Positions 1 through 14,775 of a stretch of 55,066 bases of DNA are shown in pieces. This DNA is from Octopus sinensis (Eukaryota). The stretch spans positions 1 to 55,066 of the forward strand of contig NW_021833899.1 in assembly GCF_006345805.1 (NCBI RefSeq). The letters are read 5' to 3'. The stretch's first letter is position 1. Each line of letters begins with the position of its first letter. The translations under genes were made by a program, and so were the position numbers. Below the pieces are notes generated by a model, which made no database searches, was not told the DNA's origin, and worked only from the letters and a program-made list of their open reading frames with translations.

Positions 1-406
1 ATATATACTTTACGGTAATAACGGATTTTTAGAATTTTCTATCGGTTTGTTTCGAGACGCATAAATTAGATTGTTATTGACAATTTTTGTCTTTTTTCGG
101 CATATTTCGCATTATCATTTTTCTTCTGCCCTCATTATGTAAATTATTTATAAATTTAACCTTTAAAGGTATCTTTTGATATGCTGGCCATTCATAAAAA
201 TTCTTTCCCGAATGTGTGTGTTTGTGTGTTTGTGTGTGTGTGTGTGTGTTTGTTGTGTGTGTGTGTGTGTGTGTGTGTTTGTGTATGTGTGTGTGTGTAG
301 GCACGAAACGTTAAAGACTTTTTCAATTTCCGAGCGTTTATACTAATACAGGTGTTTCTTTTCTACACTACCTGTCTCCGTCTTTTGTTTTTTTCCCGTG
401 AATTCT

Positions 407-445
<39 letters not shown>

Positions 446-953
446 CATTTACACACACATATATATATATATATTATATATATATATATATATAATATAT
501 ATTATTATATATATATAAGTATTATGTATGTATAATATATATATATAAATGTACGTTTTAATTTTTATGAAAGATTTGCTCTATAGACGTAAAGTCAACT
601 GGTACAAATCTATAATATCCTATATTATCGAGTTTAAATTCTTTTGACAACTTTTTCCGAATCATATAACAATTTTCCGGATTATTCATGATGTTATTGA
701 CTCTTTCATATATATTTAAATTACCGTGAATAGTTAAAGTAAAAATGATTTACAAAACGTTTGAAGTGTAGGCAAGTTGAGTGATTTCAAATATATACAT
801 TACAGATTACATGCATATATTAAACCATAACGGGGTTCGTTGAGTTACAGAAAAAAAAGCACTTACGGATATATACATACATACCTATATATACATATAC
901 ATATATATTATATATATAATTATATATATATATATATATATATATCTATATAT

Positions 954-997
<44 letters not shown>

Positions 998-1105
998 ATG
1001 TATATTCGTTGTTTGAAAAAAGTTCGTTTTCTATGATTTTGTTTTTATGTTTTCGTTTCTCATTGTGTTCAACGTTTTGATTTTGATGTCCTGTACCATA
1101 TATGC

Positions 1106-1158
<53 letters not shown>

Positions 1159-1187
1159 CATACATATATATATATATATATTATTAT

Positions 1188-1229
<42 letters not shown>

Positions 1230-1879
1230 ACGTGTGGTGTATGTGTAGGTATGTACATATATGTATGTATATATGCGTATATTTATATTATTTATATTTT
1301 TATATGATCGAACGTCAAGCATCTTTTTCCAAGTAAAGTTTATCTCAATAATTACGATGTGCATCTTCTATCTCTACTATTTCCTCTCTGTCTTTCTTTC
1401 TCCCTCTCTTGTTCTTCATCCTTTCTGGTTTTCTCTCCCACCCTTCCCTATTCTTCTCATCTCCTCTTCTTCGTTCCCTCTCTCTCACTCTTCCTCCTTG
1501 ACTCTCTCGTCACTGACACATGACGAAAGAGAATCTCTCTTTCTACCCATTGCCTTTCTAAATACACCACGTGTTTATACCTGTCTCCTCTCATAAGATC
1601 GTCTTCCTAGCGTTCATAATAATTTTTCTATAGTCTTGGCTTAACATCCCTCACTGTTTGTTTTTACTGTTTTGTTCTCACTGTCCTGTTCTTGTTACCA
1701 CTTTCACCCTCCGTAAAAACCCCCACATATTATTTAATTTGCTTTGCGGGCACATATTTAAATTAGAGAAGAACCACCATGAAGCAATTCAACAATGATA
1801 TACTTAAATCATACCATATATTATAGATTATATATATATATATAAATTATATATATATATATGTATATGTATATATCTA

Positions 1880-2100
1880 TGTGTGTGTTTTGTGTCTGTG
1901 TTAGTTACTACCAACGCTTGACAACCGTTGTTGGTGCGTTTACGGCCCTGTTACCTGGCGTTCGGCTTAATAGCCCAGTAGAATAAGTACCAGTCATAAA
2001 ACAAGTCCTAGTGTCGATTTGTCCGAATAAAACCTTCCAAAGAGAGACCCCATTATGGCCGAGGTCAAATGACTGAAACAAGTAAAAGGAATGAAAACAG
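1880..2100 (+). mobile_element. SINE family A, decayed 3' half
   Basis: cgcttgacaaccg...gtcaaatgactgaaacaagtaaaagg. Confidence 0.7.
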
Positions 2101-2109
2101 AACAAAAAT

Positions 2110-2400
2110 GATTTACACGAAAGATAAGAATATTTTGGTCAAAACATAATACTAATGAAGGAGTTCTGCAACTAGCAGACACACAAAAAGATCATTAGTC
2201 TTAATTAAGGAAAGGAAGCTCAATTACTTTGGTGACATGATAAGAACTCAAGATATACAAAGATTATTTCCTACAAAGATTAGTGACAAGCATTCGGGAG
2301 GAGGTCCTAAAACAAACTGGTTTGACATAGTCAAAACTATATTATAAGTGAACAAAGCTGGTGGACAAAACTATTATATGAGAATGCTTAAGAATTGCAG
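2110..2400 (+). pseudogene. RTE-like LINE ORF C-terminal fragment
   Basis: Manual translation with a frameshift: RKIRIFWSKHNTNEGVL / IKERKLNYFGDMIR...GGGPKTNW, matching the RTE pattern W..HVTNEEVL...RKL.YFGH..R...GRP...W. Confidence 0.72.
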
Positions 2401-2769
2401 TGAAAAGCATCAACGGGATATCCTTGATACTCTTTTTTCAAAATTATTTTTCTTTATTTGTTTCAGTCATTTGACTGTGGCCATGCTGGAGCACCGCCTT
2501 TAGTCGAGCAAATCGACCGAATCATATCTGCTGAATAAAACGCAATCAGTGTTTTCTTTTCATTGAAAAATAATTAAGCATGCTTTTATTTCAATAGAAT
2601 TTTTGGTTTTGTTAAACGAAGTTAAGGCAAATATTCTTGAGAAACCGAATAGTTTTTCCTTCCTTCATGCCAAGTTTTAAAAAAATATCTCTTTTGCATC
2701 TTACTTTTTTGGTCTCTTAAATATACTGCATTTTGTGGCATTATTTCAAGCTAGCCACCTTTTTATGCG

Positions 2770-3030
2770 CAACCTGCACGTGCATTTTTCACGCGTACGC
2801 GTAATATCGATTGCAACAGCTGATGTACTTGCGCATACAAATGCACGTTCCCACGGCCTTATCGATCGCATTCTCATCTGGAATCGATTTTTGTAATTTT
2901 TGCAAGACTTGTACACGCCCTAATACTGTCGGTATCTACATATCAAATTTGAGCGCAATCGGATGGAGGATGCCCGAGATCGTAGAAGACACAGACAGAC
3001 AGAACGGATTCTTTATATAATATTAATATA
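2770..3030. mobile_element. Possible Helentron/HINE-like non-autonomous element
   Basis: caaatttgagcgcaatcggatg...gagatc...acagacagacaga...tttatataatattaat resembles DINE/Lep1-type ends, from memory only. Confidence 0.35.
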
Positions 3031-3088
3031 TATATATACATATATGCATTCATACATAAATATAAAAATAGATAAACGTTTGTATATA

Positions 3089-3126
<38 letters not shown>

Positions 3127-3159
3127 GCATTCATACATAAATATAAATAGATAAACGTT

Positions 3160-3232
<73 letters not shown>

Positions 3233-4321
3233 TATATACATATATTTATTATTTTATTATATTATATATATTATTAAATGCAAGCATAGCTATACAAACC
3301 CACGTGCATACCTTATTCAAATAAATACAAACGCATGTACGCAGCATCCTAAAACTTTTATAGAAACGAAGCTAATTAGTTTATTCTAGCGATACAAGCA
3401 AGTATATGAATGCCAGTCACTTACTGCATTCCACGTGTGGGCAGCTGTAAAAACATTAATAGTACAACAGGGAAACTATTGTGATTAGTGAGGTGTTGAG
3501 GTGTTGATGACTAAGGAATTACACCATTTCCTAACATAGCTGTCATTGAAACTCTGTCTTAGATAGCTCTGTATTGTTTCTCGTGAAGAATAACTATTTA
3601 ATTTTGTTTTAATTTAATATTTAATACACAGTAGTCAAGACTATTGAAATGGTTGCAAGATGCAAGGAAACTTTTAGGAAAATGAAAGTGAATAATTAGT
3701 GGAAATTTTACCAGTGAGTGTATTAAATTATAAGGCACAAAAAATGACTCTCCCCAGACGCAACAGCATATTCAATAAGTTTATATATTAAAAGTAATTT
3801 AATGATTTTCGTGGCACTTTTAAGGTGCTCATACATTACATAAAGACTAACGGTACATAAAAACCGACACATATATTGCACTTTAAGCAGGCATACAAAT
3901 ACATATAAATGTTACATGTTTATGTTTATGTGTGTGTGTGTTTCTGTTCGTGTGTATGTGTGTGTGTGCATGTGGGCGCGCTTGTGCGTGCGTATATATA
4001 TATATATATATATATACGTTTAATATGTATTAAAGTTTAATATATCTTTCGTTTTGGGATTTGGTTTGCAAGATTCTTTATATGAGTTCGTGTGTTGAAG
4101 CATATTCTGTTGTGTCTGGGGAGAGTCATTCTCTTTTGGTGCCTTATAATTTAACACACTCACCGGTAAAATTTCCACTTATTTTGTCTTTTTATTTTCC
4201 TAAAATTTTCGTTGCGTCTTGCAGCCTTTTCAATAGTCCTGACTCTAAAAGAGAATGACTCTCCTCAGACACAACAGAATTTAATATATCTTTTCTACAT
4301 TAAAGTATATAGTCTCTTTAC

Positions 4322-4691
4322 TATTTTTACTCCTTTATTTGTTTCAGTCATTTGACTGCGGCCATGCTGGAGCACCGACTTTAATCGAGGAAATGGACCC
4401 CAAGACTTATTCCTTGTAAGCCTAGTACTTATTCTATCGGTCTCTTATTCCGAACCGCTAATTTATGGGGACGTAAACACACCAGCATCGGTTGTTAAAC
4501 GATGTTGGGGAGACAAACACAGACACACAAACATACACACACACATACATACCTATATATACATATATACGAGGGGCTTCTTTTAGTTTCCGTCTACCAA
4601 ATCCACTCACAAGGCTGTAGTCGGCCCGAGGCTATAATAGAAGACACTTGCCCAAGATGCCACGCAGTGGGAATGAAACTGGAACCATGTG
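4322..4691 (-). mobile_element. SINE family A, slightly 5'-truncated
   Basis: Tail gtttcagtcatttgactgcggccatgctggagcaccg and body match family A. Confidence 0.85.
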
Positions 4692-5396
4692 TACGGGTAT
4701 GTGCGTGTATAGACGTGTGTGTGTGTGAGGGCATGCGAGTATGTGCGTATATAGACTTGTTTTACAATTATTGCTTATTTTTTACCCTTTTTTACACATT
4801 TCCTGTACTTTGCCTTAAGCCCTGTTTTTACTTGTGCATGTGCGTAAATAGACGTGTGTATGCATTTTTTGCGCGTATATAGAAGTGTGCGTATAGAGAC
4901 GTGTGCGAGTATGTGCATATATTAGACGTGTGTGTGCGTGCATGCGAGTATGTGCGTATGTATAGACGTATTTTACTCTTATTGCTTATGTTTTACACAT
5001 ATTTTTACAAATTCTTCTCTATTTTGTCTTATGCTCTGATTTTACTTCTGCATGTGCGTATATAGACATGTGTATGAGCCTTTTTTGTGCGCGCGTGTGT
5101 TAGCCTGTATGCGGGTAGTATGTATATATATATTTGGCGAATGTGAGGGTGAGCATGTGTGTGTTTCAAGTGTGAGGGTGGATGAGTATATACATATAGG
5201 CACATATACGTGGGTGTCCGGGCGCGCATGTGTATGCATGGACATGAGCGCTTACGGGATCTTTTTACTAACTTAACTTTTATTACCTCTAATTACTTAG
5301 CGGTCATTCTAATAGCTCTTTTGACTTAACGTTCAATAACACAGAAATTTCCATTTGTTTTAACGGTCATTTTCATAGCATTATTTTTCGATTGCC

Positions 5397-5460
5397 CAAT
5401 AACTGAAGACATGCCGGCGTGGGTTTCTGCCTCGACATCCGAAACTCGGAGTTTTATCAT
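5397..5460 (+). ncRNA. Hammerhead-like motif with long stem II (second copy at 18620-18675)
   Basis: ATAA-CTGAAGA-[CATGCCGG...GACATCC]-GAAA-CTCGGAGT-T-TTAT. The two copies together suggest a GGATGCCGG/CCGGCATCC stem. Confidence 0.4.
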
Positions 5461-5482
5461 GGCTACCGAATAATTGTCACAC

Positions 5483-5518
<36 letters not shown>

Positions 5519-5533
5519 TATATATATATATAC

Positions 5534-5571
<38 letters not shown>

Positions 5572-5608
5572 GTGTATGTATATGTATACATATATATGTG
5601 CATATATT

Positions 5609-5640
<32 letters not shown>

Positions 5641-5681
5641 ATATATATATATGTGTGTTGTGTGTGTGTGTATATTATATA

Positions 5682-5730
<49 letters not shown>

Positions 5731-6496
5731 ATATATACAAAATATATAGATGTATACATATATATGTGTATATATCGATATATATATATATGTGTGTGTG
5801 TGTGCGTATATATAATATATATATGTATATATATAAACACATAGCTAGAAATATGTCTTTCTACCTCTGTCTTTCTCTTTTTGTGTAAGATATGTTTATA
5901 TATATATGTGTGTGAGCGTATGTGCGAATGTGTGTTTGAAGAAATGGATGACAATATCTCTTTTCTAAAGAATTACCCACTTTTACAATTAGTTATTCAC
6001 AATTCGTTAGAGATTTATAAATGGAATCGTGACCTTTTATTCTCAGTGATTAGTCTTTTTTTTCTAAGAATAGGGGGCTCGCTAATGAGGGATTGACTTT
6101 CTCGCATACATGCATATATACATACATACAAACACACATACAAACATATACATGTACAAGCATACATGCATGCACACATAGATAATGCATATATATATAT
6201 ATATATCCGCACACACACACACAATTACATCTCGTATACACCAGGAATGTAAACTGCGTGACCTCTGATTCAGCTTATGTGTACATATATTATACTGAGT
6301 TCCCATTATATATACATACACATAGATACATACATACATACGTACATACATACATACATATTTATATATATAAGTATATATATATAAGTATATATATAAG
6401 TACATATATATATATGCATATATATGTGTATATATATACATTGATATATATATATGCATATATATATATGTATATTACCTATAATAAAATATATAT

Positions 6497-6563
<67 letters not shown>

Positions 6564-7064
6564 CATATTAGATATGCCCTTATAGCTATACTCAAATATA
6601 GGCAGGAATACTCTCACTTGTATACATAATTATACACTTAATCGCATGATCACTCTGATAAATCACCCCCCACATTTTCTCACACACACACACACACACA
6701 CAAATATCAGTATAAAAGTGTACATCCTTGTCATGATCGCTAAAATATATACATACCTAGGCTGCGATTATCACGAACCGGAACAGATACATAATAAAAC
6801 GAGACAAATATCTTTGCTTCAAAAGTGCTTTTTTTATGTGTTAAAAATTTTGTTCGGAACGTACTAATTGTTCCGGATTTCATAACTTTAAATTGATCGA
6901 TCGGGGCTATTTTCTCGAATCGAGAAATAATGCACCTTAAAAATGTCTACTTTAACATTGTGTATATATGAATATCGTATATGGAGTTTTAACGAAGCTA
7001 TCTTTATCTATATGTGTATATGCACGAATACATGCTAGAATTTGTGTCATTAAGCTAATGCGTA

Positions 7065-7491
7065 TACTCTTTACTCTTTTACTCTTTTACTTGTTTCAGT
7101 CATTTTGACTGCGGCCATGCTGGAGCACCGACTTTAATCGAGCAAATCGACCCCGGGACTTATTCTTTTGTAAGCCCAGTACTTATTCTATCGGTCTCCT
7201 TTGCCGAACCGCTAAGTAACGGGGACATAATCACACCAGCATCGGTTATCAAGCAATGCTAGGAGGACAAACACAGACACACAAACACACACACGCATAT
7301 ATATATATATTATATATATATATATACATATATACGACGGGCTTCTTTCACTTTCCGTCTACCAAATCCACTCACAAGGCTTTGGTCGGCCCGAGGCTAC
7401 AGTAGAAGGCATTTGCCCAAGGTGCCACGCAGTGGGACTGAACCCGGAACCATGTGGTTGGTTAGCAAGCTACTTACCACACAGCCACTCC
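7065..7491 (-). mobile_element. SINE family A, full-length
   Basis: Reverse-complement match to the 37731 copy along its whole length. Confidence 0.9.
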
Positions 7492-8439
7492 GTGTAAAAT
7501 ACATACATATAAATGTATGTATAATATGTATAAAGAGAGGTACAGTTCCCCTATATAGGGGAAATGTACCCCTCGTTTGTACACATGTATGTATGTATTT
7601 GTATATCTGTATATCATCTTTGTGTATATAATTCCTGTATTTTACATATACACATGCTTGTATGCATATAGTTAGGACGGACAGGTCGAATAGGGAATAC
7701 AAGGATTGTTATAAGTTTCTCCCTTAATCACTAATCTATTGCATTAGCAATTAGTTAAGTTGTTTTTGTTTCTTGCAGAAACCAACAATTCTTGATGTCT
7801 TTTGTACCAAGATTTGTTTTAATTTTTCAGAAGTACAAATGAAAATCTAAAACCTAGTTATAAGATATAAAAATTTGCCATTTGTTCAACAAAGATGTTC
7901 TTTTTTTACGAATTTTCGTCGAGTGTTCAAAACTGCCAAATAGGTGATCTATGTTATTTTGCATGATCTTTCCTTCCTGTTACACGAAAAATGTTTCGCA
8001 TTTTCTTTTTCGTAAAGTGATGATTTTTATTGGAATGGTCTAATATTCTATATTATCTTGCAAAAGGTGGCTCCACTCCGGTTCTAGTAAAGGTTCGATA
8101 TAGCCGTCAACAGAACTTTCCTGAGTGTTGCAATAAAGATTGTTTTAGCGATAATACCACGACTCAGGGAAGGTAATATATTCGTGATACTTTTAGTCAT
8201 CTCATGATTGGAGGGTGATCCCCTCCTAACTAGTATGGTACAATCGACATTTTGCATAATGAATTGGCCATCTAGAGACAACCTCATCTTCCTTGTTGAC
8301 CAAATACTGAGTTGTTACTTCCTGTTCCAAGATAGCAAAGTCATAGTTTCCCTTGTATGTTTCGCTTTAGATACCCTTTTTCACACACTTTGGCATGAGA
8401 GTAGCAATTTCTGCGGGGCAGGTGCGTCGTTTACATCGC

Positions 8440-8590
8440 CCTAAGTGCTCAACTGGTACCAGTTTTACCATCCCCGAAAGGATAATAAGACAAAGTCGAA
8501 CCCGGTGGTATTTGATCTTAGACAGGTAAAGTCTGAAGAAATGTCGCTAATAATTTCGTTCAACGACGTAGAGATTCAATCAGCTCACCA
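8440..8590 (-). mobile_element. SINE family B, decayed
   Basis: ctggtaccagttttaccatccccgaaaggataataagacaaagtcga matches the reversed core. Confidence 0.6.
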
Positions 8591-9596
8591 TCTTAATATA
8601 TGCCATGATATTGACAAGAGTATTTGACTATAATATATTCTCAACGAGATCAGATAAATACAATGAAAGTTCCTTGGCATATCTTCAAATCTGGAGGCAA
8701 AAGGACATAGCCAAATATCATAAAGCATTTTGTCCGTTGACTTAAGGCGTAGTTCTCAAAACCTAAACTGTATTAAATATCAAACCTCTTCACCGAGTTA
8801 TCCATTTTAAGAATTGCATATATCTCATGGTCCTTCAGATATTTTCTTAGGTTCCTTTATTCGATTTAGATTCCAGCGTCTTCTATATTCGCATCCACAG
8901 AAATGCACAATAATAAGCACGAGTCGACACGAACATATACTACCACTTTCATAAAACTAAATTTATATTCCAAATACATTTATTTTTTATCGTTAAAATG
9001 ATGGATTTAATTTCGATTTATTTAAAAAATTTTTTTACAAACCTTAGTGTATCTCTTTCCACGATATATGTTGTAAGAATGTCAAAGAGAGTAGTCAGTA
9101 GTCAATATTTCTTTATGGATAGCGGTGATAAGTTATTGGAACTACGAACTCCAAAGAAAAATATTCAATAGGAATTGAGATGAATATTATAAATATATAT
9201 ATATATAGAGAGATAGAATATGAGGAGTTTGGTTCACTGTTAATTTAAACGAATTAGTATACTATGTAAGAGCTGTAATTGGTCATCCGTTAGGTTCCAA
9301 GTTCAGGCTTCCGAGTTAGCAGGTATATATTACTGTTTTACTCTTTGCTCTTTACGCTTCTATTTACTATTTTATTCCTTTAAAAACTGTGAATTCCCTG
9401 TCTCGAACTTTCATACATACTCACCTTGTATTTGATGACGGAATAGCCAGTGTATGCAGAAACAGCTGCAAGACAGCCAATAATTAATTGATTAATTAAT
9501 TACCTCAAATTCCTCTTTACTCTACTTAAATATTCTAAATGACTTGTGATAATCGTCCTGCCTTAGTTTTTGGTGTCCTTTCCCCTCTAAGGTGTG

Positions 9597-9693
9597 CATA
9601 CATACATACATACATACATACATACATACATAATACATACATACATACATACATACATACATACATACATACATACATACATACATACATACT
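9597..9693. repeat. (TACA)n microsatellite
   Basis: Direct inspection. Dozens of further (TA)n, (CA)n and (GA)n tracts are not listed individually. Confidence 0.95.
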
Positions 9694-9999
9694 TACCTAA
9701 AACATCTGAACGTAACGTTTGGAATAAATTTAGATAGCAAACAAATATAGAGGTATAGCAAATACCACAAACGTAAAACTAATATTCTAATGCAATGATC
9801 TTTGCTTCGGAAGGATAAATAACCTTGAAACGAATGATAAGTGGCAGCTGGCAGCATGTACGAATAAAGGCTAATAGATGAAACATCACGAATTCTCTTC
9901 GAGTTAGATGATATTGATGAAGAATTTTTTAGAGACCAACGTACATAGGACATGATTTTTATCAGGAAATTTAATATGACTAATTTATTACCTTACACG

Positions 10000-10850
10000 A
10001 TAATTGAACTGCAAGTGCTATTACGACTCCAAATACATTTCACAAGTCGTCCCTTTGCGTTAAGCTTGGTCGAAATTCTCAAATAGTTTTGGCACAAAAT
10101 TTAATTTTGTTCTTTTCAACCGAATTCTTCAAAGCCACTTTAAATCTTCTGTGACATCAAAACATTGCTTTTTTTGTACTGCCTTTTGTTGGGTAGAGCA
10201 GGTGGATATCGGGAAGTTGGAGCGCACAAGGTTCAGATTGTAAGTTAGATGTCGTTGCTCTTCCTCCAAAAGTGTGCCGAATGCTGCTTCATGAATTTCT
10301 TAGTCCGTGCCTAAGTGTGACGCCATTCCGTGGATTCAACCTTCGTTTTCAGTTCGTAAAAATACAATCACGTTTCTGATCAGATAAAAGAAAATATTTT
10401 TCCTTAGTGAACCTTTCCAACAGATTTCTGTCTTCTCTCATTCATATTGGGTATCAGCTCCCAACAAACACACTTTCCTCGCACGGATTTTTGCACGAAG
10501 AATTCCACTATCCGCGCTATCTTCAGTTCAGTAGTAAAGCAAACTCACGTATTGTGAGACGTCTGTCCGAACGGAGGAAATTGTCTCACCGTTGACAAAT
10601 CTAGACAGTAGCCACCGTTGATTGTTTTACTGCGCAGTTTTACTTCCCTGCTTCATTTCTCTTCTTCTTCATCACAAACTTGTTATCTCGCTACACAATC
10701 CATAGATTTTGGTGCTTGTGTGACATTTTGCACTCTTCAGTTGTCAACAACTCAATAGCAGTATGTTACTTTTAACTGGAACAAAATATTTGCCAGCTAT
10801 GAAGAACTGTAAGTAGAATGAATCTAAATGAAGTATTATTTACCAAAATC
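10000..10850 (-). pseudogene. Decayed mariner transposase
   Basis: ARKVC, ET*LYFYELKTKVESTEWRH (10317-10381; compare DETW..YEPETK.QS.EW.H), and DIHLL..TK near the C-terminus. Confidence 0.65.
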
Positions 10851-11971
10851 TTCGACGATTTATATCAGTTAATTTCAGAACAACCTTCGTGTGTGTAGGT
10901 GTTAATCTGTGCGTGTGTTTTACCGGTTTAAATATTGAAAGTATTTTAAGTACGCACATCCATTCATTTACAGCTATATGATCGTTCGTAAGCACACACA
11001 CATGCATGTGATAGGATAGATAAACATATGTATAAGTAAATACGCATCTGTCCAGAAGGATATGAAATTATAATACCACGTATATGGTCTTCCATTTCTA
11101 TTATCACCATAGAAATGCCATATGAAAATTTTCGTTTCTCTGAAGGAAATACGACTGTAAAAATAACTGCCATTTCCTTCTGGCCATTAGCTGCTCGATT
11201 TCCAAACACACGAGCATAACAACACCCATTTCACACACACACACAAACACACACACAAACGCACACACATAGGCACACAATCACACGTCTTCTTCGATAA
11301 AATAGGGAGATAATAGAATAGTGCACGTAGAGAGACATTCGCCGTCAAATTGTGATTAACAAATCTATCAGTTCAGTGATTGGAGCGCGATTAAAGGAGA
11401 CATCGCTTGATCGTCCGATGAAGAGGCTAATTGTTTCCATCAAAACCTAAAATGTATGATAGATTAAATGCATATATTCATATAAATACACCGACAGAAC
11501 TTACTTCCCCACTCACTCTGCCTTGGCACACAGGCACATATACATATATGCACACACACACACAGATATATGTATGTATATATATAATATAATATATATA
11601 TTATATATATATATATATATACAACACTGCGTGGTGTCGTGTTAAAGTCGGTGGACATATGGGCGTACGGAATGTAAAACTGATCGCGAGGTGAGTGCAT
11701 ATGTGTATATACATACATATATAGATAACATATATATATATATATACATATAATATATTATACATATATATTATATATATATATATATTATATATTATAT
11801 ATATATATATATCTATTATATATCTATATGTATGTATGTATGTATATATATCTATGCGATATATAATTATGCGTATCCGCCATATTTTGGGAGATGTTTC
11901 TTACATTAGGCGTCAGTGTTCATGACTATTGTGTGATATATACATATATATATCTATATATATATATATAT

Positions 11972-12002
<31 letters not shown>

Positions 12003-12053
12003 GTATATATAAATATTATTTGTATGTGTATATTATAATATATATATATGATA

Positions 12054-12089
<36 letters not shown>

Positions 12090-12599
12090 TATATAAATAT
12101 TATATATGTATGTGTATATTATATATATATATATATATAAATATATATTACACTGAGGGACAACTTTTCATCATTTCCATTATTCCATTAGATCTCCCAT
12201 CAGACTAACCTCTTTACGAACGGGTTTCCCTGTCTCCTTTGCTATTTATACATCCTCACTTTTCTGTTTAATGTGTGAATGAAAGCGATTATTTGGACAC
12301 CTGGTTCTTATATACGCCCACAACTATTTACATACTTAACACAGGTATTTTTGTCCATGTAGCACACACATACACAGGCACACTCACACAAACAAACAAA
12401 CAAATACACATACTCAAATCGTGGGAGTGGAACACTTAAACTCCTCTGATGTACTAATTCCTGAACGATGGGTACTCAGCTTGATACTAGTCAGGCCGCA
12501 GATACCTTAATTATATAAAGGCAAGAGTGTCGTTAAGGAATCCCACGTTAACCTTCACTGAAGAGATGGGGGTGGGGCAGAGAATGAATCAGAATTCTT

Positions 12600-12975
12600 A
12601 GTAAAAAATGTGAAGATAGGAAATTGTCGAACATGCAACAACAACTTTAAATACTTACAATACAAGGGCAGATCCTCGTTCAAAATAAATGAACTGCAAA
12701 ATGCAGAATCTCATATACCGCAGTACCTGCGCCAACTGCAAAGAAGATTACATTGGCGAAACAAATAATTCTCTCTGCCAACGATCAAGAATCCACAATC
12801 ACCACATCCGATAAGAGGAATTACGCAATTTTCCGTTAAAGAAGCATGTGGAAATATGCAGGGACAGAAAATTCAAAATCTTTCCTTTTTGTAAATGTTC
12901 TCGGGATGACCCGCAATACCAAAAAGCAATGGAGCTTCACTTCATAAAAAAATTCTTAGCAAAATTGAATGTTCG
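12600..12975 (+). pseudogene. Penelope-like element GIY-YIG endonuclease fragment
   Basis: From 12701: MQNLIYRSTCANCKEDYIGETNNSLCQRSRIHNHHIR*...KHVEIC...KAMELHFIKKFLAKLN. One in-frame stop. Confidence 0.85.
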
Positions 12976-13071
12976 AAAGAAAAGCAGAAAATTTGCATTT
13001 TTGATAGTAAATGTAGCTTCAATATTGGAAACATGATACTCATCTCTATAAATTTTCTGGTATATATATCT

Positions 13072-13107
<36 letters not shown>

Positions 13108-13109
<2 letters not shown>

Positions 13110-13388
13110 ACGTGATCACGTGACCGACCAGACCATCAGATGTTGCTACACATCGCTGGTCACGTAGCGTTTGCATTGTTTTAGCCTTCAAATGACGCCA
13201 CCCCGCTGGATAATTGAGCAGGCCAACAGAAGAAAGAGTGAGAGAAAGAATGGTGAAAGAGTACAGCAGGGATCACCCCCCTGCTGGAGCCTTGTGGTGC
13301 TTTTAGTTGTTTTCGCTCAATAAACACTCAAAATGCCCGATCTGTGAATCGAAACCGCGATCCTACGACCGCGAGTCCGCTGCCCTAC
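13108..13388 (-). mobile_element. tRNA-derived SINE family C (duplicated at 14774-15060)
   Basis: Head matches the 51544 copy (gggcagcggactcgcggtcgtaggatcgcggtttcgattc). Tail ends ...ggtcggtcacgtgatcacgtg. Confidence 0.8.
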
Positions 13389-14736
13389 CCATAAATAAAA
13401 CATTGGGATATTCTAACTTTACGTAGTTTTCTAATTTGTATATAACGTTTGTTCGTGCAAAACATGTAATTGAAAGAAACCTGGCTTCATTTTTCAAACC
13501 AAAGTTACACAAAGTGCGAACGTAAAGGAAATCTCTTATAGAGCTTATCTTTTTTCTGACTCCTTAGGGAAAGTAAAAAGTACACTATTACTGTTGTTCC
13601 CACTCCACTATTTATAGCACGATACTCATCTCTATAAAATTGGATTTTTATTTTTCTAATTTCTAAATATCTTACTAATGTTTTCTCTTGCAGAATCATG
13701 AAATTAAACGAAAGCTGACTTCATTTTTCAATGCAAATTATTACTGTTGTTTCTGATCCAATATTTATAACATGATACTCATCTCTATATCACTGGGTTT
13801 TATTTTTCTAATTTCTAAATAGTTTACTAATGTTTTCTCTTGCAGAATCATGAAATTAAAAGAAACCTGTCTTTATTTTTCAATGTAAACTGTCGAAATT
13901 TGAATTCCCATTGTAAAACCGGAAGAAATACCGCCATGCATCTTGTCCACCGGCCTAAATTTTCTACCATCTTGCAGCTTCAATACTTGTACATCAAATA
14001 ATTCGATGACCTTCTTTTACGAAACTTATAATATATTATGAGAACTGTAATGTTTTATGCTTCATGAGAGCCTGTGGCTTCCTCCTGGGCTGGATATGGT
14101 CCAGAGTATAACTCGATATGCATATTGCTTCATGTATAGGGTTCTATATTGACCAATGTAAAAGAAGTGATTACGTTACTTGCCTTTCTTCCCTCAGAAG
14201 TAAACTGGTTAGCTAAACATCAGCTTTAAGACCGGCCATCTTATTAAATATATTCAAATATAGTTTTAATTATTATCTTTATCTTTCTTAATGCTTTGTT
14301 GTTCAGATGACATTGCGTAACATACATTAGCAGTGATGACGTAAGAGAAAGGCAAGAATATCAGAAATACTTGAAATACTTTTAACTTCAATTGTCATGT
14401 AATTAGGTCTGAGGGTGGCGTAAATATGATTATTAGCGAAGATGGCTCTGTGACAAGTTGTTAAATAAGCAAATAGAATCCTACAACTGCCACAGATTAC
14501 AAGATGGAATTAATCAGTAATTAAAATGCCTCTAGTGCTTAATTACAGTCCAATCCTTGAAAGCATTTTTAAGGTTCCATGCAATTAATTTAGATAAATG
14601 CTTTATTGGCACAGCTTCTAGTGTGGGCTAAACTTCAATTATATATGTGTGGATATATGATATACCTACGTATCCAATCTATGTATTTCTATATATGAAT
14701 GTATGGTCATTACATATCTCTACATAGGCATATATA

Positions 14737-14775
<39 letters not shown>

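Noticed and set aside
13915-13950. ETS-like CCGGAAG next to YY1-like CGCCAT
   Set aside because: Short motifs with no CpG island or gene start nearby; likely chance.
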